From positions 462,165 through 526,164 of the forward strand of contig OZ253471.1 of NCBI GenBank assembly GCA_965261715.1: DNA of 64,000 nt, written 5' to 3'. A program made the position numbers and the translations under genes. Every line of letters starts with the position of its first letter. Within the stretch, counting starts at the first letter, position 1. This DNA comes from Dehalococcoidia bacterium (GTDB lineage: Bacteria; Chloroflexota; Dehalococcoidia; Bin125). The notes below the pieces were generated by a model. That model was not told the origin of the DNA and did not search any database. It saw nothing but the letters and a program-made list of their open reading frames with translations. This document shows positions 10,209 through 18,700 of this stretch, one piece after another.

Positions 10209-11510
10209 ATGGATTCCGGAAATACTGCCTGGCTGTTGACCTCAGCGGCGTTGGTGCTGCTAATGACACCGGGCCTGGCGTTCTTCTATTCGGGCTTGGT
10301 CCGTACCAAGTCAGCCGCCGCCACGATCATGCAGTCATTCATCATGATCGGTGTGGCGACGATTGTCTGGGTGCTGTGGGGCTACTCACTCGCATTCGGC
10401 ACCGACATCGGCGGCTTCGTCGGCAACCTGACTAATTTTGGCCTACGCGGGCTCGAAGGCGACAGCCTGCTCTTCATGGTCTTCCAGCTGATGTTCGCGA
10501 TCATCACGCCGGCCCTGATTACCGGCGCGTTCGTCGAACGTATCTCGTTCAAGGCGCTGCTCGTCTTCACCGTCGCCTGGATCACGCTCGTCTACGCCCC
10601 GCTCTGTCACTGGGTCTGGGCTGAGGGCGGCTGGCTGCTCGATCTCGGCGCAGCCGACTTCGCCGGCGGCACCGTGGTCCACATCAACGCGGGCGCCGCG
10701 GCCCTGGCCGGCGCGCTCTTCGTCGGACGACGGCGCGACTCGGTCGCCGAGACCCGTCCGCACGATGTCTCCAAGGTCGTCCTTGGCGCCGGGCTGCTCT
10801 GGTTCGGCTGGTTCGGATTCAACGCCGGCTCGGCTCTCGCCGCGAACGACTCCGCAGTCAACGCATTTGTCCAGACTCAGATTTCCGCCGCTGGCGGCCT
10901 CGTCGCCTGGACACTGCTCTCCTGGAAGTACACCGGACACCCATCGATCATCGGCGCAGCGACCGGCGCGGTTGCCGGCCTGGTCGCGATCACGCCGGCG
11001 GCAGGATTCGTCGGCCTCTGGCCGGCGACCGACGGCTACCTGAATTTCTTCCCTGCGATGTGCATCGGAGTCGTGGCTTCGGTCCTCGGTTTCTACGCAG
11101 TCCGAGCGCTGCACAACTGGCGCGACATGGACGACACGTTGGACGTCTTCGCCGTTCACGGCGTCGGCGGCATGTGGGGCGCCTTTGCAACCGGCATCTT
11201 CGCGGTTTCCGAGGTTGGCGGGGTAAACGGCTTGATCGGCGGCAGCGCCGACCTGCTCTGGCGGCAGGTTGTTGGCATCTTTGCCGCGCTGGCCTGGTCA
11301 TTCGTCCTCTCGGTCGGCATCTTCCTGGTGATTCAGCGGTTCATGCCATTGCGGGTCGAAGAGACCGACGAAATGATCGGACTCGACCGCAGCACGCACA
11401 ACGAGCCAGCCTACGAGTTTGATGAGATCGGATTCGGCTGGGACGCCAGCGAGGCAATCGACCAGGAAATCCCCTCAGGAACTGAAGCGCTGAAGAGGTT
11501 GGTGTCATGA
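10209..11510 (+). CDS. amtB: Ammonium transporter
   Basis: DSGNTAWLLTSAALVLLMTPGLAFFYSGL and DFAGGTVVHINAG motifs, with about 11 TM segments. Confidence 0.95.
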   Translation: MDSGNTAWLLTSAALVLLMTPGLAFFYSGLVRTKSAAATIMQSFIMIGVATIVWVLWGYSLAFGTDIGGFVGNLTNFGLRGLEGDSLLFMVFQLMFAIITPALITGAFVERISFKALLVFTVAWITLVYAPLCHWVWAEGGWLLDLGAADFAGGTVVHINAGAAALAGALFVGRRRDSVAETRPHDVSKVVLGAGLLWFGWFGFNAGSALAANDSAVNAFVQTQISAAGGLVAWTLLSWKYTGHPSIIGAATGAVAGLVAITPAAGFVGLWPATDGYLNFFPAMCIGVVASVLGFYAVRALHNWRDMDDTLDVFAVHGVGGMWGAFATGIFAVSEVGGVNGLIGGSADLLWRQVVGIFAALAWSFVLSVGIFLVIQRFMPLRVEETDEMIGLDRSTHNEPAYEFDEIGFGWDASEAIDQEIPSGTEALKRLVS

Positions 11511-11848
11511 AAAAGGTCGAAGCAATCGTCCGGCCGGAAGCGCTCGAGCCGGTCAAACGCAGGCTGATCGAGGCGGGCATCACCGGCTTGCACGTAGAAC
11601 GAGTCGCCGGTCACGGCTACCAGGGCGGCGTCGTCCAGGCCGGCCGCGGCGGCCAGTTCTATGTCGTCGACATGATCCCCAAAGTCAAGATCATCACGAT
11701 CATCTCGGACTTCAACGTCGAGCCGGCGATCGAGGCGATCATCGCCGGCGCCCGCACCGACAACACCGGAGACGGCAAAATCTTCATCACCGACGTAGAG
11801 GAAGCCGTCCGAGTCCGAACCGGCGAACGCGGCCACGACGTCCTCTGA
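11507..11848 (+). CDS. glnK: Nitrogen regulatory protein P-II
   Basis: MKKVEAIVRPEALEPVKRRL..., 113 aa. ATGA overlap with amtB. Confidence 0.95.
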   Translation: MKKVEAIVRPEALEPVKRRLIEAGITGLHVERVAGHGYQGGVVQAGRGGQFYVVDMIPKVKIITIISDFNVEPAIEAIIAGARTDNTGDGKIFITDVEEAVRVRTGERGHDVL

Positions 11849-11904
11849 GGCTTCGCGTGTTCGGGGGGGGCTTAGGCAACGTCCTGTGGCCTTATCCCGA
11901 TCCC

Positions 11905-11997
11905 GTAGGGTCGACCCTTGTGGTCGCCCGCGCCCCAGATGGTTGCTGGCGACCGTACGGCGAGATCCGGCAGGGCGACCACAAGGGTCGCCCCTAC
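11905..11997. repeat. Family D long inverted repeat (25-nt arms)
   Basis: The arm gtagggtcgacccttgtggtcgccc (11905-11929) pairs with gggcgaccacaagggtcgcccctac (11973-11997). Confidence 0.75.
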
Positions 11998-12010
11998 AGA
12001 GCGCGACGAC

Positions 12011-12039
12011 GCAGAGACCTGGCGTTTACAGGTCTCTGC
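12011..12039. terminator. Perfect 11-bp stem hairpin between convergent genes (putative bidirectional terminator)
   Basis: GCAGAGACCTG gcgttta CAGGTCTCTGC, lying 3 nt from the CoA-transferase stop and downstream of glnK. No clear U-tract. Confidence 0.5.
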
Positions 12040-12042
12040 CCG

Positions 12043-14607
12043 CTAGTAAACAACCTGCTCGATCAGCAGTTCCACGTACCGCTCATCTTCGACGCCGAAC
12101 TCCTGCTTCAGGATCTCCTCCGAGTGCTCACCGAGGCCCGGGGATGGGCGCGTGCCCAGACGCGCGCCGTTCCAGGTGAACGGTTGGTGCTGGGTCATGA
12201 ACGGCACGTCGCCGCGGTTGTAGCGGAAGAACAGGCTGTCGGCGCCCTGATCCCGCTCGACCAGATCGGCCGCTGTCTCGGCCGGCGAGGCGGGGATGCC
12301 CCGAGCTTGCAGCATTGACGAGGCCTCCCACACTTCGTGCTTCGATGACCATTCAGACAGAGCTGCCTCAATTTCTTCCTCCGCGGCCTTGCGGCCTTGA
12401 AGAGTCAATAGGTCGTCCCGATTCGCCAGGTCTCCTCGACCGATGAGATCGCACAGCTCGCGCCACTCTCGGCGATCGCGGACGGCGATAGCCAACCAGG
12501 AATCATCTCCGGCGGCTGGGAACAGACCGTGCGGGCAGAACTCGGCCGAACGATTGCCGATGCGTGGCGCGTCGACGCCGTTGATCAACGCATCCATCAA
12601 CTCGTGGTCGAGCAGATGCACGGCGGCTTCGTACTGCGCAATCTCAATCTCCTGACCCTCGCCGGTGCGGTCGCGGTGCAGCAGCGCTGCCATCAGCAAC
12701 GACGCCGCAATCGGCGCAAGCGTGAAGTCCGTGTGCAGCGTCCCGATGCCGATTGGTGGCCGGTCCGGCTGTCCCGTGTGTCCGGCAATGCCGGACAGCG
12801 CGGTCACTCCATTGCCGATCCCTCGATAGGACTTCTTCGGACCCGACGTGCCCATGACCGGGAACGAGGCGTAAATCAGGTCGGGCTTGTGATTGCGTAG
12901 CTCGTCGTAGGTGAGCTGGAACTTCTCCATCGCGCCGGGCGCGAAGTTGTTGGTCACCAGATCGAAGTGCGGCAGCATCTCGATGATCAGCTCGCGCGTC
13001 TTGGGATGGTGCAGATTCAGCGTCAGCGAGCGCTTGTCGGTGTTGGTGTCGTTGAAGAACGCGCCGGTGTCGATCGTGAATCCCTTGGGTGGATGCGAGA
13101 ACTCGCGAACGGTGTCTACGCCCGTCACCGACTCAATCTTGATCACATCGGCGCCAAGGTTTGCCAGCAACTCGGTGATCAGCGGTCCTGCCGCCATCCA
13201 ACAGAAATCCAGCACGCGAACGCCTTCGAGTGGCAGCCTCGTGGCTGGTTTCGGATCGACGGCGATCGGAGAGCGAACAGATGTTTCACGTGAAACAATT
13301 TCGTTCGGCCGCTCTCCGCGAACGATACCGAGGTCGATCAGCGCTGCGATCTCCTGATCGGAGCAGCCTCCAAGCTCGCGCAAGACATCGGTGGAGTGCT
13401 CGCCGAGACCGGGAGCTGGACGCGCATGGTGTTCCAGTGCGGTCGAGCGGTAAGCAGTGCGCGGCAGCGGCAACGTTTTTCCAAGGACGGGGTGCTCGAC
13501 CTCAGGGAAGAAGCCGCGCTCGTGCAGATGCTCGTCATGCGCAATGTCCAGGCCAGTCTGAACGGGCAGGCCGAGGTCGGCGTTGCGTTGCGCCCGCAAA
13601 ATCAGGGCATCGCGCTCCTGGGCCGCACAGAAGCGCCGGGTGAACTCCTGCTTCTGCACGAGATGGCTCCACCGGTACGACGGATCGGTCCACGGTTCGT
13701 GGCGCAGCGTGTCGTCGCCGGTGACTTCGGCATACCACTCGGGGAAGTCCTTCCAGGTCCGGTTAGTCGGCGACTGCATGTAAGTCACCCAGAGCCCGTC
13801 GGCGGTCTCATAGGTCGCGCCCGGTGTGTCGATGAAGACGATCTCACCGCTCTCGAAATCGCCCGACGCGAAGGAGCCGGGTCCTCTGCCGACGACCGGG
13901 TACCTCAGGCCGCCGGTGCCGGTGCGTTCGGCGACCATCCCGTGCCAGACGTAGAGATTCGGGTTAGCGGCCTGGATGATCGTGGAGATCACTGCCTCTT
14001 GCAACGAAATAGTCGAGGAGACCGCCGGACCGCCGCGGGCGCGCTGGAAGACCGTCGCCACCGCTGCCGCAACGGCCAGAGACGACGACTGCTTGTAGCC
14101 CAGCTTGCCTGCGGGATAGTCGGGCGCGATGTCGGGAAAGCCATTGCAGACGAGCTGACTCCCCGCCGCCATCGCAATCAGGTCGGTCGTCTGCTCGGAC
14201 GGGTCGTCTCGGCGGAAGACCACGTCAATGACAGACGGTCCCCCGCCGTTGTGGGCGGAGTCGTGCAGACGCTCGATGAGCTGGGCGGCGCGGTTCGACT
14301 TCTCCAATGGCGCGATCACGACATCGGTTTGCGAAGCCAATCGCTCGACGATCTCCCACGACTCCGGGGCATCGAGATCGAGCGCCAATGACTCCTTGCC
14401 CTGGTTGTAGAGCAGGTGCCGCAGCGCCCGTTCATTCCCCGCTTCGCCATCGACCCACGGTCCGACTCGACGGATGCGGTCACCGTTGGCCGACTCAACC
14501 CGCACCACCCGAGCACCGAGGTCGGCGAGGTAGCGACCGGCAATGATCAGCGGTTCGTCCGAGAGGTCGAGAACGATTGCGCCGTCAAGGGGTTGGGTGT
14601 CGGGCAT
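12043..14607 (-). CDS. Tandem-fused double family III (CaiB/BaiF) CoA-transferase, 854 aa
   Basis: Two complete CaiB-like halves, each opening with the Rossmann-like motif (LDGAIVLDLSDEPLIIAGRYLADLGARVVRVE; LEGVRVLDFCWMAAGPLITELLANLGADVIKIES). Confidence 0.85.
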   Translation of the reverse strand: MPDTQPLDGAIVLDLSDEPLIIAGRYLADLGARVVRVESANGDRIRRVGPWVDGEAGNERALRHLLYNQGKESLALDLDAPESWEIVERLASQTDVVIAPLEKSNRAAQLIERLHDSAHNGGGPSVIDVVFRRDDPSEQTTDLIAMAAGSQLVCNGFPDIAPDYPAGKLGYKQSSSLAVAAAVATVFQRARGGPAVSSTISLQEAVISTIIQAANPNLYVWHGMVAERTGTGGLRYPVVGRGPGSFASGDFESGEIVFIDTPGATYETADGLWVTYMQSPTNRTWKDFPEWYAEVTGDDTLRHEPWTDPSYRWSHLVQKQEFTRRFCAAQERDALILRAQRNADLGLPVQTGLDIAHDEHLHERGFFPEVEHPVLGKTLPLPRTAYRSTALEHHARPAPGLGEHSTDVLRELGGCSDQEIAALIDLGIVRGERPNEIVSRETSVRSPIAVDPKPATRLPLEGVRVLDFCWMAAGPLITELLANLGADVIKIESVTGVDTVREFSHPPKGFTIDTGAFFNDTNTDKRSLTLNLHHPKTRELIIEMLPHFDLVTNNFAPGAMEKFQLTYDELRNHKPDLIYASFPVMGTSGPKKSYRGIGNGVTALSGIAGHTGQPDRPPIGIGTLHTDFTLAPIAASLLMAALLHRDRTGEGQEIEIAQYEAAVHLLDHELMDALINGVDAPRIGNRSAEFCPHGLFPAAGDDSWLAIAVRDRREWRELCDLIGRGDLANRDDLLTLQGRKAAEEEIEAALSEWSSKHEVWEASSMLQARGIPASPAETAADLVERDQGADSLFFRYNRGDVPFMTQHQPFTWNGARLGTRPSPGLGEHSEEILKQEFGVEDERYVELLIEQVVY

Positions 14608-14652
14608 GAGCGACTTCCTACAGATACTCCGTTAGTTCCACGGCATATCCCT

Positions 14653-14689
14653 GTTCCAGTCCCCGCCCCCGAGCGGGGACCCGTTCCAC
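14653..14689. repeat. Family E palindromic repeat
   Basis: gttccaGTCCCCGCccccgaGCGGGGACccgttccac. Reverse-oriented relatives lie at 59752..59787 and 59638..59670. Confidence 0.7.
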
Positions 14690-14761
14690 GTTGGCCAACC
14701 GGGCCGAGCGGGCCCCGGTTCGTGGACGGGGGCTGGAGATTGCCGCTCGCTTGGATGGTTG

Positions 14762-15697
14762 CTAGAACATCGCAATCGGATTGATCGGCGACGCTGTCCC
14801 GCCGACCAGACGCAACGGCGCGATCGTCAGCAGGAACTCCCAGCGATTGCGAGCAGCGCAGGCCTCACCCAGGGGGCCGAGGCGGGCATTGTCGACCAGG
14901 TGGATGCCCATGTACGTGATGATGATGTGGTGGATCGGCAACGGTGAATCGGCGACGTTCGACGGGATCATGTCCGAGACGCCGTCGCAACCGAGAATCG
15001 CGACCTCGCGCTCGCGGATCCAGGGCAGCGTTTCCATTAACAGACCGGCCAGCCCGTCGAACGGTGGCCAGGCGCCCTCAGCTTCGCGCCGCGTGTCGCG
15101 ACCGGTTCGAATCAGAAGAATGTCTCCTGAGCGCACCTGAACCCCCTGGCGCGCTTCAGCAGCCTCGAGGTCGGCCACCGAGATCGCGTCGCCGGGCTCG
15201 AGCCAATCGACACCCTTGAGCGCCGCAATATCGAGCAGCACGCCTCGAGTCGCGATGCCCTGCTCGCCGGCGAGGATGGAATTCTTCTCCGCGCCGGTCG
15301 AGAGCACGTCCGACGCGGGAAAGCCGTTGTACATCTTGCCCTGGTCGAGGATGTGGCAGAGCGCGTCCATGTGCGTGTTGGCCATCCCGTGCGGCGAGAT
15401 CATGAAGCCGTCACCGGTCGCCTCCAGGCCGCGAATGCGTCCCTGATCGCTGACATCCCCTGCGCCGGTCATGAAGTGCAACACGGGAGTCGGGTTGTCG
15501 GCGGCCGGCGTCTTGGCCAGCTCCAGCGCACAACTGACTGTCACTCCATCTGAAACCAGCGCCGCCGCCGCGGCCGAGACCTCCGGCGTGATGAAGTTCA
15601 GCGCGCCGCGCTCGTCATCGGGTCCCCAGCGACCCCAGTTGGAGAGTTCTTGCGCCATCGCATCGACATCGGCTCGGGTTCCCTGCTGCTCGGCCAT
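14762..15697 (-). CDS. Cyclase-family protein (kynurenine formamidase-like metal hydrolase)
   Basis: NWGRWGPDDERGALNFITPE and HGMANTHMDALCH motifs. ATG 15697 chosen, with the track extension to 15853 ignored. Confidence 0.75.
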   Translation of the reverse strand: MAEQQGTRADVDAMAQELSNWGRWGPDDERGALNFITPEVSAAAAALVSDGVTVSCALELAKTPAADNPTPVLHFMTGAGDVSDQGRIRGLEATGDGFMISPHGMANTHMDALCHILDQGKMYNGFPASDVLSTGAEKNSILAGEQGIATRGVLLDIAALKGVDWLEPGDAISVADLEAAEARQGVQVRSGDILLIRTGRDTRREAEGAWPPFDGLAGLLMETLPWIREREVAILGCDGVSDMIPSNVADSPLPIHHIIITYMGIHLVDNARLGPLGEACAARNRWEFLLTIAPLRLVGGTASPINPIAMF

Positions 15698-15890
15698 CAC
15701 GTTCCGCCTTTCCTGTTGGTCACCGTCGGGAGGCAGTATGCCAGAGCGCAGACCATCTCGGCGACTGCGGATAAGGTGAATAGCGGTCACCTGTTCCCGA
15801 CCGAGCCCATCTGCACGAGCGAGCTCACAGACCGGGCGGCTGCCAGCAGACACTGCGTGGCATCAGGAGGCTTCAGGAGGAAGTACCCGA

Positions 15891-17303
15891 GTGCTGCCCG
15901 CACTGCTCGGCCGGTCCGGTTCAAGCGGCAAGATCTTCTACGGCTGGTACATCGTTGGCGCCGGCATCCTGCTCAACATGCTCATGGGCGGGCTGATCAT
16001 GCACGCCTTCCACTTCTACGTGGCCGAGCTCAAGGCTGAGTTCCTCTGGCCCGCGACGCTGTTCGGCATCGCCTTCATGATCACCCGGATCGAATCGGGC
16101 GTCCTCGGTCCGATCCAGGGTTGGCTGATCGACCGATTCGGACCGCAGACGATGATGCGGCTCGGCATCCTGTCTACGACCATCGGCCTGGTCGCCTTCT
16201 CTCAGTTGAATAGCCAGGCCACGTTCATCGGCTTCTACTTCGTCGTCGCAATCGGCGCGTCCGTGGGCGGATTCATGACCGTCTCGGTGGCGGTCGTGAC
16301 CTGGTTCGAGCGGCTGCGATCACGGGCTCTGGGCTACATGTCCACCGGATTCGCATTCGGGGGATTCCTGGCGCTTCCGGTCGGACTGATGATTACTGAG
16401 ATCGGCTGGCGACACTCCGCATTGGTCTCAGCCGCGGTCTTGTTCATCGTCGGCCAGGCAGTGGCCTTCCTGTTTGTGCGGCGTCCCGAGGATCGGGGAC
16501 TGGTCAAGGACGGCGGACCGGCGGCTGCGAGCGAAGCCGGTACAACCGGGACCGCAGCGAGGACGCGGTCGGCCGCGAGTGTTCACCGACATCGAGATTT
16601 CACCGTGAGAGAAGCCCTCCGAACGAAGGCCTTCTGGGGCCTGGCGCTCGCTCACGGGGCGCCGCTCCTGGTCGTGTCCGGCGTGTTCGTCCACTTCACG
16701 TTGCTGGTTGTCGAGATCGACGGACTCACTGCGTTCCACGCAGGCATCGCCTACACGGTGATGAATGTGGCCCAACTGGTCGGCCAGCTGGTCATGGGCT
16801 ATCTCGGCGACAAATTCTCCAAGCGGCTGTTGTTGATTCCGGCGATGTTTGGGCATTGCGCTGCTGCTATTTTGCTGGGCTTCGCGGGGTCGTATGAGAT
16901 TGTGCTGTTAGCCGCGATCATCAACGGATTGGCCTGGGGATCGCGCGCGCCCCTGCTGACTGCGCTGCGTGCCGACTATTTCGGCGCTTCGCATTTCGGA
17001 CAGATCATGGGCTGGTCTTCGGTCGTGATGTCGACATTCATGACCCTTGGCGGATTCCTCTCGGCGGTGCTCTACGACGCCACCGGCAGCTACGAGATCC
17101 CCTTCCTTGTGCTCGGCCTGGGTGCGCTGAGCGGTGTGATCTGGGTGTTGATGGCCGGCCGCCCGCGACTGCCCGGCATCCGAGTCATGAGCGCCGGAGG
17201 AGCGCTCAGATCCGCCCAACCGATCGCCATGTTCCGGCCCAACCGTGCGGCCCCCAGCCCAGCTGCTCGGCCGGCGCCACAGCGCACGGGCAGTAAACGG
17301 TAG
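15891..17303 (+). CDS. MFS transporter (paralogue 1 of 3)
   Basis: Polytopic protein with N-terminal KIFYGWYIVGAG...RIESGVLGPIQGWLIDRFGP, shared with the next two genes. Confidence 0.85.
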   Translation: MLPALLGRSGSSGKIFYGWYIVGAGILLNMLMGGLIMHAFHFYVAELKAEFLWPATLFGIAFMITRIESGVLGPIQGWLIDRFGPQTMMRLGILSTTIGLVAFSQLNSQATFIGFYFVVAIGASVGGFMTVSVAVVTWFERLRSRALGYMSTGFAFGGFLALPVGLMITEIGWRHSALVSAAVLFIVGQAVAFLFVRRPEDRGLVKDGGPAAASEAGTTGTAARTRSAASVHRHRDFTVREALRTKAFWGLALAHGAPLLVVSGVFVHFTLLVVEIDGLTAFHAGIAYTVMNVAQLVGQLVMGYLGDKFSKRLLLIPAMFGHCAAAILLGFAGSYEIVLLAAIINGLAWGSRAPLLTALRADYFGASHFGQIMGWSSVVMSTFMTLGGFLSAVLYDATGSYEIPFLVLGLGALSGVIWVLMAGRPRLPGIRVMSAGGALRSAQPIAMFRPNRAAPSPAARPAPQRTGSKR

Positions 17304-17331
17304 CGAACCATCGATACCTGATACTGGACGA

Positions 17332-18675
17332 ATGCGTTCGCGTTTGATCCCGCGCAACATCTTCTACGGCTGGTACATCGTCGGCGCCGGGCTGCTGATC
17401 AACATGATGATCGGCGGGCTGACGATGAACGCCTTCGGCTTCTACGCGGCTGCCCTCAAGGATGAGTTCGGCTGGTCGGCGACGATCTTCGGGATCGCCG
17501 CCGCCGTAACCCGTGTCGAATCCGGTCTGCTCGGACCGATTCAGGGCTGGATGATCGACCGCTTCGGGCCGCGCGCCATGATCCGGTTGGGCATCACTAC
17601 CACCGCGCTCGGGATGATCCTGTTCGGCACGCTGACGGATGAAGTCTCGTTCATCGGCTTCTACATCCTGCTCTCGATTGGAACCTCCATCGGTGGGTTC
17701 ATGACGGTCTCGGTCGCCGTCGTCACCTGGTTCGAGCGCAAGCGCTCCCGCGCAATCGGCTTCATGTCGATGGGGTTCACCTTCGGCGCCCTGATTTCCG
17801 CGCTCGTGGGAGTGTTGATTCTGGGTGTCGGATGGCGAGAGACGTCCTTTGGAACCGGTGCATTTCTGCTCGTTGCAGGCTGGGGACTTTCATTCCTGTT
17901 CGCTCGCCATCCAGCGGACAAGGGCCTGGAGGTTGATGGCGGCCTCGAGGATGCCGCCGATGGTTCTGGCCCGATTCTGCGCCAGCAGAACCCATATCGC
18001 CATCGAGATTTCACCGCGCGGGAGGCGCTGAGAACGAGGGCGTTCTGGGGCCTCGGACTCGCTCACGGGGCGCCGCTGATGGTGGTCGGCATGTGGATCG
18101 GTCACGGCGTATTGCACATCGACGAGTTGCCCGGCTTCAGCGCCGGCGATGCCGCTGTTGTGGTCACCGTGATGGTTGTCGCCCAGCTGACCGGACAAGG
18201 GTTGTCTGCCTGGGCAGGCGATCGATTTCCCAAGCGTCCTCTGCTGGTCATCTGCATGATCGGACACTCTCTAGGTGGAATTGCGCTCGGTCTGGCAACC
18301 GACTGGCTGATGTTGATGGCCTTCGCATTGCTCAATGGCGTCGCCTGGGGCGCGCGCGGGACCCTGATCACGTCCTTGCGAGCGGACTATTTCGGCGCAT
18401 CCCAATTCGGCCGGATCATGGGCTGGACCTCGATGGTGATGATGCCCTTCATGACGATTGGCATGCTCGGCTCGGGCATCATGCGAGACATCTTCGGCAG
18501 CTACGATCTGGCCTTCATCATCTTCAGCATTGGGGCCGGGTCGGGGGTGTTCTGGATCCTGATGTCGACGCGGCCGCGCCTGCCCGGACCGCCACGGATG
18601 CCGCTCGTGCCACCGCTGCCGCCGACCGCCAGGATGGTGGTCGCGACACGGCCGAACCGCCCTGCGGGTCGCTAG
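17332..18675 (+). CDS. MFS transporter (paralogue 2 of 3)
   Basis: NIFYGWYIVGAG...RVESGLLGPIQGWMIDRFGP. ATG 17332 chosen. Confidence 0.85.
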   Translation: MRSRLIPRNIFYGWYIVGAGLLINMMIGGLTMNAFGFYAAALKDEFGWSATIFGIAAAVTRVESGLLGPIQGWMIDRFGPRAMIRLGITTTALGMILFGTLTDEVSFIGFYILLSIGTSIGGFMTVSVAVVTWFERKRSRAIGFMSMGFTFGALISALVGVLILGVGWRETSFGTGAFLLVAGWGLSFLFARHPADKGLEVDGGLEDAADGSGPILRQQNPYRHRDFTAREALRTRAFWGLGLAHGAPLMVVGMWIGHGVLHIDELPGFSAGDAAVVVTVMVVAQLTGQGLSAWAGDRFPKRPLLVICMIGHSLGGIALGLATDWLMLMAFALLNGVAWGARGTLITSLRADYFGASQFGRIMGWTSMVMMPFMTIGMLGSGIMRDIFGSYDLAFIIFSIGAGSGVFWILMSTRPRLPGPPRMPLVPPLPPTARMVVATRPNRPAGR

Positions 18676-18700
18676 GAGGTCGCACGTTACGTTGCTCTGA

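Noticed and set aside
10051-10269. N-terminal extension of the fabG track ORF
   Set aside because: ATG 10050 gives the canonical SDR N-terminus about 10 residues before TGASRGIG. The extension runs into the amtB promoter and start region.
11857-12318. 153-aa plus-strand ORF downstream of glnK
   Set aside because: It is generated by reading through the family D inverted repeat and then antisense into the CoA-transferase gene.
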